Source of the DNA: a virus
Reading direction: 5' to 3' (one strand)
Virus record (IMG/VR): IMGVR_UViG_3300017685_000003
Span: 1-42,140 of that record
Length of the DNA stretch: 42,140 bases
The notes beneath the pieces were generated by a model, which was not told the DNA's origin, made no database searches, and was given only the letters and a program-made list of their open reading frames with translations. Position numbers and translations under genes: made by a program. Positions 31,484 through 39,065 of this stretch are shown in pieces (position 1 is the first letter of the stretch; each line of letters opens with the position of its first letter).

Positions 31484-33608
31484 CGATTTCGTTTTTGATC
31501 AGTCGGGCTACAATCGCCCCGTGGCTGGCGCTTATGTCTATTTTTTCAAAAACGATGGCACGTTTGCATCTGCAACGGCAAACCCGGTTCTCACCGACGA
31601 TTTCGGCAAATACACCATCAACGATATCACTGAGGACGTTTACAAGGTTCAGGTGCGCCTAGGCGGTGTCATCATTGCCGAGGCTTCGGTTGTTGTCGGC
31701 ACCCCGCCGCAATATGTCGGCCCTCCTGGCTCGGCGGGTCCCGCCGATAACACATATAGCAGCTATACCGCGCTGCTGGCGTCTGACCCGTCTCGCAAGT
31801 CGGCACGCCTTGTCGGGGACACCGATGCTGCGCCGCGGCCTGACGGTAATTACAACTACGTCGATGGCTCGGGGTGGATAGCGCAGCTCGCCGATGGCAT
31901 CGCATACAGCCGCGCTGTCAACATTGCCTTGCCGCTCGACAAGTCATTGCCGCGTACGCTGGCATGGTTGTCGGGGGTTGATCCTTTTACAACTGCGTCG
32001 CAGCAATCCAAGCTTGAAACCGCCTTCACCGTGGCAAATGCCGAAGGTTACAGAGTGGTCGGCGCGGCTGAGGCGAACTACCGCCACGACGGTACTTTGC
32101 CTCTCGGGAGTGCTAGGTTTGACGGGCAAAGCTGTACCTTCACACCGTTGTCCAACGGCCCGCAGGCTCTGGTGCTGACCGGGGTGGGCGGCGTTATCGA
32201 GAACGTAACCAGCCTCGGAGCGGCCACGACGCGTAACGGCGGCGATGACAGCTACAACGGCGTGTATGTGGTGGATGCCGAGCGGTTCCGCCTTCAGAAT
32301 GTCGATGTCGGGTCCGTCGATCCCATTGATAGCGCGAGTGGCCGGGGGCATGGGTTAGCCGCGATTCTGATGCGACGCGCCTTTGACGGGCGCATTATTG
32401 ATTGCCGTGGTTATCGCTCCAAAGCGGACGGCTTGCATTTTACGGACGGTAGCTCGCGCAACATCGCTATTGCCGTGGAAATGCGAGAGGCAGGTGACGA
32501 CACGTTCGCAATCGTGCCGTATGTGCCACAAGCAAGCATCTGCACAGACAATCGTATTATATCGCCTATCTCCTACAACTCGGGCTCTCGCGGCATCGCC
32601 TTGGTCGGCGGTGCGCGCAATATCGTGGAGTCACCAATCATTATCGGCAGCGCCGCAGCATCTGCGTATATCAACAGCGAAGATAGCTTCAACACGACCG
32701 GCAACCTTGACTGCCACATCCTGAATATGACGGCGTACGGAGCCGTCCAGGGTGCGCCTCACTTGGGTCCTAATTTCCAGAATGCCGCCGCGATCATTGG
32801 CGGACGTGCCGGCTCGGATACGATCAGCGGCGAGATTTACCAGCGAGCGGCGGTCAACTGCTCAATTACCGGTTCGATCCACCGTGCCGGTCCGCGGTGT
32901 TCGGCCGCTATCGACGTTTCAGCGCAGTTTGCGATTCGTCCTCGGATTGACCTTGATACACGGGATATGGTGGGGGATTCTTCGCCTAGCGGTATCTTGC
33001 TGGGCGGCGTTGATCCAGACGTCCGGCTACATGCCGACAACCTAGGTGGGTTGCCCGTACTGGTAACTGCAAGCACTGCCGGAACAGCCAAGGTCGGTAT
33101 TTCCGGTAACGCGATGCGCGTCCAGGGTGCAGGGCCTGATTCCGTTATCTTCACTTTTGGCGCGCCAGGGCTTGTGTCCGCAACTATATCCGGGACTGTT
33201 TCGAACGCACCCGGCACATGGTTGAATGATTTTGGCAATAACGGCGACAAGATCAGATGGCGCGATGCTATTCATAACGGTCTAGTGAAAACAGGCCGGG
33301 ACTATTCTACAGCGGAAATCACCTATACCAATGGTCTAAACCGAAGTGGCGGCAACCCAATCATCCTACGACGTATGCCCTCGGGCGATGTTGCGTTTTC
33401 TGGTGGTGCCGTTGTCGAGGCAACGATTCCGGCAAACACAATAATCGGGACCGTTCCGGTCGGATACCGGCCGATCGCACCCGCCTTTGCATTTGCAAAA
33501 TCAGGTACGGCATTAGCCTTGATCCGCTTCGACACCAACGGCAATATCGTCAATGAAGACGCGCTCGCCGCTTCGTTCGGCATTACCACAGGATGGATCG
33601 GCATATGA
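31458..33608 (+). CDS. tailspike with a right-handed beta-helix (pectate-lyase-like) body (716 aa)
   Basis: The central region has repeated short hydrophobic/Asn/Gly rungs (NVTSLG..., IIDCRGYRSKADGLHFTDGSSRNIAI..., IISPISYNSGSRGIALVGGARNIVESPIIIG...). It is the last large structural gene. Confidence 0.65.
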   Translation: MEAALATYSDFVFDQSGYNRPVAGAYVYFFKNDGTFASATANPVLTDDFGKYTINDITEDVYKVQVRLGGVIIAEASVVVGTPPQYVGPPGSAGPADNTYSSYTALLASDPSRKSARLVGDTDAAPRPDGNYNYVDGSGWIAQLADGIAYSRAVNIALPLDKSLPRTLAWLSGVDPFTTASQQSKLETAFTVANAEGYRVVGAAEANYRHDGTLPLGSARFDGQSCTFTPLSNGPQALVLTGVGGVIENVTSLGAATTRNGGDDSYNGVYVVDAERFRLQNVDVGSVDPIDSASGRGHGLAAILMRRAFDGRIIDCRGYRSKADGLHFTDGSSRNIAIAVEMREAGDDTFAIVPYVPQASICTDNRIISPISYNSGSRGIALVGGARNIVESPIIIGSAAASAYINSEDSFNTTGNLDCHILNMTAYGAVQGAPHLGPNFQNAAAIIGGRAGSDTISGEIYQRAAVNCSITGSIHRAGPRCSAAIDVSAQFAIRPRIDLDTRDMVGDSSPSGILLGGVDPDVRLHADNLGGLPVLVTASTAGTAKVGISGNAMRVQGAGPDSVIFTFGAPGLVSATISGTVSNAPGTWLNDFGNNGDKIRWRDAIHNGLVKTGRDYSTAEITYTNGLNRSGGNPIILRRMPSGDVAFSGGAVVEATIPANTIIGTVPVGYRPIAPAFAFAKSGTALALIRFDTNGNIVNEDALAASFGITTGWIGI

Positions 33609-33787
33609 ATTGGCAAGATTGGAAAAGCGGCAAGCGCCCGGTTCCCGCGGACCGCACGGTTCATATCGAGCATCGCAATGGTTCGATTTCCTACTTCAAG
33701 CGCGCCGGGGACTTTACTTGGTACTGGCACGAAGACCAGACCGCGCCCGCTGCTGCTTATGATATCAGGCGGTGGTCGGAAGCGTAA
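33605..33787 (+). CDS. small hypothetical protein (60 aa)
   Basis: ATG 33605 overlaps the tailspike stop (ATGA). The W..G..P...V....R.G......W.W......Y pattern also occurs at the N terminus of the MazG CDS. Confidence 0.45.
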   Translation: MNWQDWKSGKRPVPADRTVHIEHRNGSISYFKRAGDFTWYWHEDQTAPAAAYDIRRWSEA

Positions 33788-33975
33788 TTATTTTCTCATG
33801 CGCGCTGGCGCTTTCCAGCATACAGGATACAGCGGTGACACCTTGTGAAGACCTGAAGGCGAGAACCGAAGCCGAACAGGACCCGGCGAAGAAGGCGCTG
33901 CTTCAGGAGCAGTATGAGCGCGAATGCAACGATCCTACGGGGTCGGGTGGGCATGGCCCGGTGGTTCCCGAATAA
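33772..33975 (+). CDS. putative small lipoprotein (67 aa)
   Basis: ORF track with a GTG start. VIIFSC is lipobox-like. The mature part is charged, has extra Cys and ends Pro-rich. Confidence 0.4.
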   Translation: MVGSVIIFSCALALSSIQDTAVTPCEDLKARTEAEQDPAKKALLQEQYERECNDPTGSGGHGPVVPE

Positions 33976-34478
33976 TGAGTCAAGAGGCGTTGATCTATCT
34001 GGGGCTGTGCGCGGGGGCGGTCGTCTTTGCTTGCCATGCGTCCAAGGATCAGCGCCTCGCATCGGTGACGCTGGCGGTAGGGCTGCTCGTCAACTGGTTG
34101 TTGGTCGAGTGGACTTATGCGGGCACGTCATCGCCACAGGCGACGTTACGCGGCTGGGGTATGCCCGCCAGCGCCGTCGACCTTTGGGCCATTTTCGATC
34201 TATCTCTAGGCGTGCTTGCCATCATTACAGGTCGCGCACGTTGGTGGGGTTGGGCTATATACGGTCTGTGCTTGGCACAGGTCATGACGCATGTTTTAAG
34301 GGTTCATTTTACCGACGCAACGTACACCTTCTGGTTAGATAAAATGTTGTTGGCTCAGGTGGCCGTTTTCGTCTTGCTAGGGGGTCGCGGTGTTTCCGAT
34401 AGGATGTTTTCTTTGCTTGGCCTTCGTCGGCTGGGCCGCGCGACCAAGCGTGGGATGGCGAAAGTGGTTGAATCGTGA
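33975..34478 (+). CDS. multi-pass membrane protein (167 aa)
   Basis: ATG 33975 overlaps the upstream stop (TAATG). Four to five hydrophobic segments are visible. Confidence 0.55.
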   Translation: MSQEALIYLGLCAGAVVFACHASKDQRLASVTLAVGLLVNWLLVEWTYAGTSSPQATLRGWGMPASAVDLWAIFDLSLGVLAIITGRARWWGWAIYGLCLAQVMTHVLRVHFTDATYTFWLDKMLLAQVAVFVLLGGRGVSDRMFSLLGLRRLGRATKRGMAKVVES

Positions 34479-34804
34479 ACGATCATGACCACCAGCTAAG
34501 GGTTCTGTATATCTCCATGGCGGCAATTGCCGGCTCGGTTACGGCCTTGTCGCTCATGCCATGGAAGACGATGAATTGGGGTGAGATTGCTCTGACGCTG
34601 TTCGTCGGGTCCAGCTTCGCCGCGTTTGCCGTGCCCTATCTCGTCGGAGAGCTTTGGGGCGTCAATCTCGACAACCTGCGCGCCGCCTGCTTCTTCACCT
34701 ATCTTGGCGCAACCGGTGCCAACGCCTTCATTCCGATCCTGATACGCCGCGGTCGCTCGTTTCTAGAGCGCGTGTTTGGCAGCGAAAAGGAGGATGTGGC
34801 ATGA
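34475..34804 (+). CDS. holin-like membrane protein (109 aa)
   Basis: ORF track. It has about three hydrophobic helices and a charged C terminus, and lies upstream of the endolysin. Confidence 0.5.
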   Translation: MNDHDHQLRVLYISMAAIAGSVTALSLMPWKTMNWGEIALTLFVGSSFAAFAVPYLVGELWGVNLDNLRAACFFTYLGATGANAFIPILIRRGRSFLERVFGSEKEDVA

Positions 34805-35118
34805 TCTTCGACATCCTCAATTCCTTGGGCCGGGTAATCCTAACTGGACTCGTCGTCTACAAGCTTACGCAGTACCGCGACATGGCCAATATGGTCGAGC
34901 GTATCGGCTTGGGGCTCATGGGAGGGTGCAGCTTCCTGACAGTGGGCGTGATCTGGGAACGCGACGGACCATTCGAGGGGTGGGCTTCCACGGTCATGAC
35001 GGTGGGCGTCGTGCTGTATATCGGCGGAAGGACGTACCGCGATCGTAAGCACGACATTGCCAATCACCTCGCGTCGGCAGAGGCGTTGCGATATCTGAAT
35101 ACGAGGGGGAAGTTATGA
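34801..35118 (+). CDS. holin/antiholin-like membrane protein (105 aa)
   Basis: ATG 34801 (ATGA overlap). It has three hydrophobic helices, a basic C terminus and an ATGA overlap with the endolysin. Confidence 0.5.
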   Translation: MIFDILNSLGRVILTGLVVYKLTQYRDMANMVERIGLGLMGGCSFLTVGVIWERDGPFEGWASTVMTVGVVLYIGGRTYRDRKHDIANHLASAEALRYLNTRGKL

Positions 35119-35699
35119 CACGCGCAGCGCTATTCGAAGCCATCCGCCCCTATGCTCCCGGTCAGCGCTTTACGCCTGCTATGGTGACGATGGTGGACGA
35201 TCTGGCGGACAGGTTCGGTCTCGCGCGCGTTGGCACCGGCGATTGGCTTCCGCACGCGCTCTCGCTCATCAAGCAGTTCGAGGGCTGCAAGCTGACAGCT
35301 TACCCCGATCCTGGCACTGGCGGAAAGCCGTGGACAATCGGCTGGGGCTCCACCACAGACGCCCTCGGTAAGCCCATTCAGCCGGGAGATAAGTGGACCC
35401 AACCGCAAGCCGATCAGCGCCTTGCCTCGCACGTTGCCGAGTTCGCGGCAGGCGTCGACAAGCTTCTGGCGGGAGCGGCTACCACGCCAGCTCAGAAAGG
35501 CGCGTTAGTGTCGCTGGCCTACAATGTTGGACTTGGCAATCTCGGCTCGTCCACGCTGCTGAAGAAGCACAAGGCATCGGATTACGACGGCGCGGCGGCT
35601 CAGTTCCTCGTGTGGAACAAGGCGGCGGGCAAGGTCATGGCCGGGCTGACGCGCAGGCGAGAGGCTGAGGCGCGGGTTTATAAAGGGTTGGTGGCTTGA
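35115..35699 (+). CDS. GH24 (T4/lambda-type) lysozyme endolysin with a roughly 45-aa N-terminal extension
   Basis: LIKQFEGCKLTAYPDPGTGGKPWTIGWGST contains the Glu-Asp-Thr catalytic pattern. LVSLAYNVG is also present. Confidence 0.85.
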   Translation: MTRAALFEAIRPYAPGQRFTPAMVTMVDDLADRFGLARVGTGDWLPHALSLIKQFEGCKLTAYPDPGTGGKPWTIGWGSTTDALGKPIQPGDKWTQPQADQRLASHVAEFAAGVDKLLAGAATTPAQKGALVSLAYNVGLGNLGSSTLLKKHKASDYDGAAAQFLVWNKAAGKVMAGLTRRREAEARVYKGLVA

Positions 35700-35992
35700 C
35701 CCGCATCAACTGGCCGGACGCCCGTGGCTGGATCGGGATAGGCGTTTTCCTGCTGACGGTCATGGTATTCGTGATGACCGCCGCTATCCCAGCCCTGCGC
35801 GACAACGAGTATTTCAAGACGCTCGGTACGCTGGTCGTGGGTGCGTTCATCAAGGACGTGGTATCCTGGGCCTATGCAGCAACCAAGGGCGGCGGCGAGC
35901 TGGCGGAGCGTAATGCTACGATTGTTGAGAATCGCGCTACGGTTCCGGCTGGCACGTCGTCTGATCCGATCAGCACGAAAGAGGCGGGGTGA
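35696..35992 (+). CDS. membrane protein in the spanin position (98 aa)
   Basis: ORF track with an ATGA-type overlap to the endolysin. It has two hydrophobic helices and a soluble C-terminal tail. Confidence 0.45.
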   Translation: MTRINWPDARGWIGIGVFLLTVMVFVMTAAIPALRDNEYFKTLGTLVVGAFIKDVVSWAYAATKGGGELAERNATIVENRATVPAGTSSDPISTKEAG

Positions 35993-35995
35993 TGC

Positions 35996-36090
35996 TGCGG
36001 CGGGGCGGGATTTGAACCCGCGACCTCGCGAAGTCTCCGCGAAAACGCTTTGACGACGGGCGCTCTATCCAACTGAAGCTACGCCGCCGC
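35996..36090 (-). tRNA. tRNA-like element, about 95 nt, with an imperfect cloverleaf; probably a degenerate or non-canonical tRNA
   Basis: The minus strand reads GCGGCGGCG-TA-GCTTCAGTTGGATAGAGC-G-CCCGTCGTCAAAGCGTTTTCGCGGAGACTTCGCG-AGGTC-GCGGGTTCAAATCCCGC-C-CCGCCGCA. The T arm is perfect and the acceptor pairs over 7-8 bp. The D arm is consensus-like apart from one extra T. The anticodon region is about 18 nt too long and has no canonical 7-nt loop with U33. Confidence 0.4.
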
Positions 36091-36130
36091 AGCCCCTTAG
36101 ATACGCCACAAACCGCAGAAAGATGCAACC

Positions 36131-36307
36131 ATGAAAATCCCCGGCCTATCCAAAATCGCCACCTTCGCACTGAAACTGGCGGTGCGCTCGATCGCCAAAG
36201 CCGCAGCCGATCCCGAAAACCCGCTGACGATCGCGACCGCCAAGAAGGCGCTTACGGATGCGGTGGAGGAAGAGGCTTTGCGGGCGGTGGGGAAGAGGGC
36301 AATCTAA
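36131..36307 (+). CDS. small hypothetical protein (58 aa), below the ORF-track cutoff; last rightward gene
   Basis: MKIPGLSKIATFALKLAVRSIAKAAADPENPLTIATAKKALTDAVEEEALRAVGKRAI. Codons are GC3-rich and the RBS is weak. Confidence 0.4.
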   Translation: MKIPGLSKIATFALKLAVRSIAKAAADPENPLTIATAKKALTDAVEEEALRAVGKRAI

Positions 36308-36546
36308 ACCTCCCCCTCCCGCCCGTACAGCGTCGTATTGACCGCATACGCCTTCTTGGCATCGGGTTGCGCTTCCCACGTCTCCACTAGCCAGCGGTCA
36401 AGGTCGCGTTTGTACACGGGCGCGTCTGGCGACATGTCAGCAACACGCGCCACGATGTCTTGCCATAAGCCGCGGTAGGGCTGCTGCTGGCGCTCTACGG
36501 CCTTGTAGCTGGGTTCGTGGTGGCAGTGTTCGCAGGGTTCGGTCAT
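36304..36546 (-). CDS. hypothetical protein (80 aa); last gene of the leftward arm
   Basis: ORF track. It has an ATGA overlap with the upstream HD gene and an N-terminal CEHCHH motif. Confidence 0.55.
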   Translation of the reverse strand: MTEPCEHCHHEPSYKAVERQQQPYRGLWQDIVARVADMSPDAPVYKRDLDRWLVETWEAQPDAKKAYAVNTTLYGREGEV

Positions 36547-36980
36547 TCTGGCACCGTTGACAGCGTAGCGCGAGCCTTTGCGTACTTTGCCAACCGCTTA
36601 GCGTCGACCTGCGTCGGCTCTCGACCAAGCCGACGCATATCCATGTTGTCGGTAAGGTCCGCTAACTTCACCACGCGCGCGATCGGGTTGGCGGCGCAGC
36701 GGTCTATGAATGCTTCATAGGCTTCTTCTTCGCCGCGAGACAGCGCATAGACTGCATCCGCTATCTCATCGCCAAATTTCTTAGCGATAGATGTCCACGA
36801 CATTCCGCAGTCCTCCATCGTATCGTGCAGCACAGCTACGATTCGCGCCTCGTCGCCTTCAACCGCCTGCATCACCCGCAGCGGGTGAAGAATGTACGGT
36901 TGACCGCCCTTGTCAAACTGTCCGCGGTGCGCGTTCGTTGCCAAAAGGATCGCGTCGGATAGATCGCCGGTTGCGCTCAT
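36543..36980 (-). CDS. stand-alone SpoT/RelA-type HD hydrolase (small alarmone hydrolase-like, 145 aa)
   Basis: LLATNAHRGQFDKGGQPYILHPLRVMQ...IVAVLHDTMEDCG...FGDEIADAVYALS...VKLADLTDNM matches the (p)ppGpp-hydrolase HD-domain signature. No synthetase or regulatory domains are attached. Confidence 0.8.
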   Translation of the reverse strand: MSATGDLSDAILLATNAHRGQFDKGGQPYILHPLRVMQAVEGDEARIVAVLHDTMEDCGMSWTSIAKKFGDEIADAVYALSRGEEEAYEAFIDRCAANPIARVVKLADLTDNMDMRRLGREPTQVDAKRLAKYAKARATLSTVPE

Positions 36981-37282
36981 TCTGTTACCTCATCAAGAGC
37001 GGCTTGGACCATTTTTTGCCAGATTTCATAAGGCGCGTCCGAGCGTAGACTGCTATAGCTATTATAGCTCTCGCCATCGGGCCCGCTGTCCCAATCACTG
37101 TCCAACGCATCATTCGCTGCATCCATCCCCTTCGCCAACATGCTTTTGCTCGGTTCAAGAAGGGCGGTCAGAACGGCGCGGGCAACCCGACGATCAACAT
37201 CGCTGAGCCTCGCCACCGTGCAGCCAGGAACCATCCTCGCGTCCTTAACCGCCCGAGCCAGCTTCTCGATTGTCGTGGTCAT
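36977..37282 (-). CDS. hypothetical protein (101 aa)
   Basis: I moved the start to ATG 37282 (MTTTIEKLARAV), which overlaps the stop of the upstream 46-aa ORF (ATGA). Confidence 0.5.
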   Translation of the reverse strand: MTTTIEKLARAVKDARMVPGCTVARLSDVDRRVARAVLTALLEPSKSMLAKGMDAANDALDSDWDSGPDGESYNSYSSLRSDAPYEIWQKMVQAALDEVTE

Positions 37283-37419
37283 GCGGATACCTCGTGCTGC
37301 ACTTTTGTTGACCATTTGTCGATCAACGCAGATAGCTCACAACGGACACGACCCGGCGGTAGTGTGCGCAGCCCGGCGTGGAGTAGAGCGCGGCCAATAT
37401 GAAAACGCAGCATCCGCAT
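37279..37419 (-). CDS. small hypothetical protein (46 aa), below the ORF-track cutoff
   Basis: MRMLRFHIGRALLHAGLRTLPPGRVRCELSALIDKWSTKVQHEVSA. It fills the apparent gap exactly, with a TGATG overlap upstream and an ATGA overlap downstream. Confidence 0.4.
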   Translation of the reverse strand: MRMLRFHIGRALLHAGLRTLPPGRVRCELSALIDKWSTKVQHEVSA

Positions 37420-37748
37420 CACCCCACCTCCTTCGCCAGAGCGTGACGAGCGCGTAGGGATGCTGCGGTGAGGGCCGCTTCATATGTAGGTGCATAACCG
37501 GTCCAGAGGTTGGACAGACCACGCGACGGCGGGATGATATGAACTGTCCAGCCGGTGTAATCGCCTCGTGGAGGGATAGCCTCAATATGGTCGAAAGGCA
37601 TGTCCACCAACGACATCGCCGCGTCGAGCGACGCCAACGGATTACCCCAAGGCGTCTCCATATCGCACGCAGTCGCTATCTCGACCCCTAGGTCATAGTT
37701 ACCACCCTTCGCCGCCTCTACCCGTTCTGCTAGGTCAAGAAGGCTCAT
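37419..37748 (-). CDS. hypothetical protein (109 aa)
   Basis: I moved the start to ATG 37748 (MSLLDLAERVEAA), an ATGA overlap with the upstream stop. Confidence 0.55.
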   Translation of the reverse strand: MSLLDLAERVEAAKGGNYDLGVEIATACDMETPWGNPLASLDAAMSLVDMPFDHIEAIPPRGDYTGWTVHIIPPSRGLSNLWTGYAPTYEAALTAASLRARHALAKEVG

Positions 37749-37954
37749 GCTACGGGCTCCGGTGCTGGAGGGAGGGGCATCCAGTGGGTGACAGCTTTGG
37801 AACCTTGCCGAGCGCGCATCCTCCACCAATCCCCGTCCGGCTGCACAACGGCGGGTTTTGGGAATGCGGCACCAAAGACGAGGACATGATCATCGTCTGA
37901 TCCGGTCGCGGCCGGCGCGCTCTCGATCGGCCGCCATCCGTTATCCTCGCTCAT
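37745..37954 (-). CDS. DUF551-like protein (69 aa)
   Basis: MSEDNGWRPIESAP...HVLVFG...VTHWMPLPPAPE matches the DUF551 pattern (W.....P.....VLV......VTHWMPLP). The start is ATG 37954 (ATGA overlap). Confidence 0.6.
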   Translation of the reverse strand: MSEDNGWRPIESAPAATGSDDDHVLVFGAAFPKPAVVQPDGDWWRMRARQGSKAVTHWMPLPPAPEPVA

Positions 37955-38238
37955 GCGTTGGTGTCCTTGGCGGCAATTGACGGCTCGGTGCGGGATAAGG
38001 CGCGATGCAAGATCGTCCACATCCTCGGTTTCATAATGACGTCCCCTGTTCGCCTGCCGTCGCGGATCGTCTGCAATGCGTTCAACATCCGATTACGATC
38101 ACGTTCGGCCTGGTCCAGGCGCTTCCATAGTGCAGCAAATGACAGGTCCTGAGACAGCCGCGCTTGTATTGCGCGGGCTTGCTTCCGAACGTCCGGATGC
38201 ACCAGAGCGTCCAACGTCTCTTCGCTCAGCTCGCTCAT
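37951..38238 (-). CDS. hypothetical protein (95 aa)
   Basis: ORF track. It has 4-nt overlaps on both sides. Confidence 0.55.
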   Translation of the reverse strand: MSELSEETLDALVHPDVRKQARAIQARLSQDLSFAALWKRLDQAERDRNRMLNALQTIRDGRRTGDVIMKPRMWTILHRALSRTEPSIAAKDTNA

Positions 38239-38594
38239 ACGTCGGTCCTATCAAGAGAGGTGGAGGCTCTAGCGATGATCGCTGCGATCTGCTTCTCGGC
38301 AGCGGCGTTGACGGTTGCCATTCTGGCGGCGTGGTCAGTTTCCGCTTTGCGCTTGCGGCGTGCGAATTCCCCGGCCACACCGCCAATCGCGTCGCGTACG
38401 TTCTTGGCAGTCTTCTCATCGCTGAAAGCCGCAACGACACCCGATGTTGATACCTGCCGAGGCCAGCCGCCAGAAAACTTGACCAGCTTTGGCGTCACCT
38501 TTTCAGCACGCTTCATCTCGACCCCGACGCGATCGTACGAGCCATCCGTGCGAAACAGAACCCAATCGCCCTCAGCTACTGCTACTTCACTCAT
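38235..38594 (-). CDS. hypothetical protein (119 aa)
   Basis: ORF track. It has an AAGGAG RBS and is the first gene after the only gap in the leftward chain. Confidence 0.55.
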   Translation of the reverse strand: MSEVAVAEGDWVLFRTDGSYDRVGVEMKRAEKVTPKLVKFSGGWPRQVSTSGVVAAFSDEKTAKNVRDAIGGVAGEFARRKRKAETDHAARMATVNAAAEKQIAAIIARASTSLDRTDV

Positions 38595-38741
38595 CCTCTA
38601 ATCTCCTTGCCGAGAGCTTGCCTCAAAAACAAAGAGCGTATAGCCACGCTAATGTGGCGACGCGCTCCATCGCGTTGTCCGCGGGGGCGTTCTCGACAAA
38701 CGACCCCCGCCCCTTCTTCATGGGCTTGTCAGGGTGAGTCG

Positions 38742-39065
38742 TCAAGGTGGCGACCTCGCAGATAATGGCGGGCGGGGTAATGGGCGCACCCGTTGGATAG
38801 TAAACCGCAGCGTCGTGATGTCGTAGCCTCGCGCTTCTAGTTCCCCCACGAGGGAGGGGCGTTGCTCGACAGCCAAGGACGGAAACGTATAACCCAGCCG
38901 CTTCTCAGTGAGTGCATGCATCACCATGCGAGCGTCAGATTTGTCCGCACCGCCCGCTCCCCAGGCGACGCAAATGTCCGGGTCATCGTATCGGCTCGTG
39001 CGTCCGTAGACGATTTTCACTTCGCCCGGCTTGGCCGTTGGCGCACGCCATCTACGCTTCGCCAT
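38742..39065 (-). CDS. hypothetical protein (107 aa)
   Basis: I moved the start to ATG 39065 (MAKRRWRAPTAKPGEVKIV), which shares one nt with the upstream stop (TGATG). The upstream part of the 226-aa track ORF is Arg/Pro/Ser-rich and overlaps two better ORFs. Confidence 0.5.
   Translation of the reverse strand: MAKRRWRAPTAKPGEVKIVYGRTSRYDDPDICVAWGAGGADKSDARMVMHALTEKRLGYTFPSLAVEQRPSLVGELEARGYDITTLRFTIQRVRPLPRPPLSARSPP

Noticed and set aside
35996-36090. Reading the tRNA-like element as a functional attP core for integration into a host tRNA gene.
   Set aside because: No tyrosine or serine recombinase, excisionase or transposase motif is recognisable anywhere in the 42 kb. It could be a relic, but active site-specific integration is unsupported.
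36146-36379. A 77-aa minus-strand ORF bridging the convergence point.
   Set aside because: It is out of frame with, and overlaps, both the 80-aa leftward gene and the GC3-consistent 58-aa rightward ORF. It is Gly/Arg-rich.
38623-38721. A 32-aa minus-strand ORF (MKKGRGSFVENAPADNAMERVATLAWLYALCF) in the only gap of the leftward arm.
   Set aside because: It has no RBS and no coupling to its neighbours, and it is largely made of the two hairpin sequences. A regulatory RNA structure is more likely.
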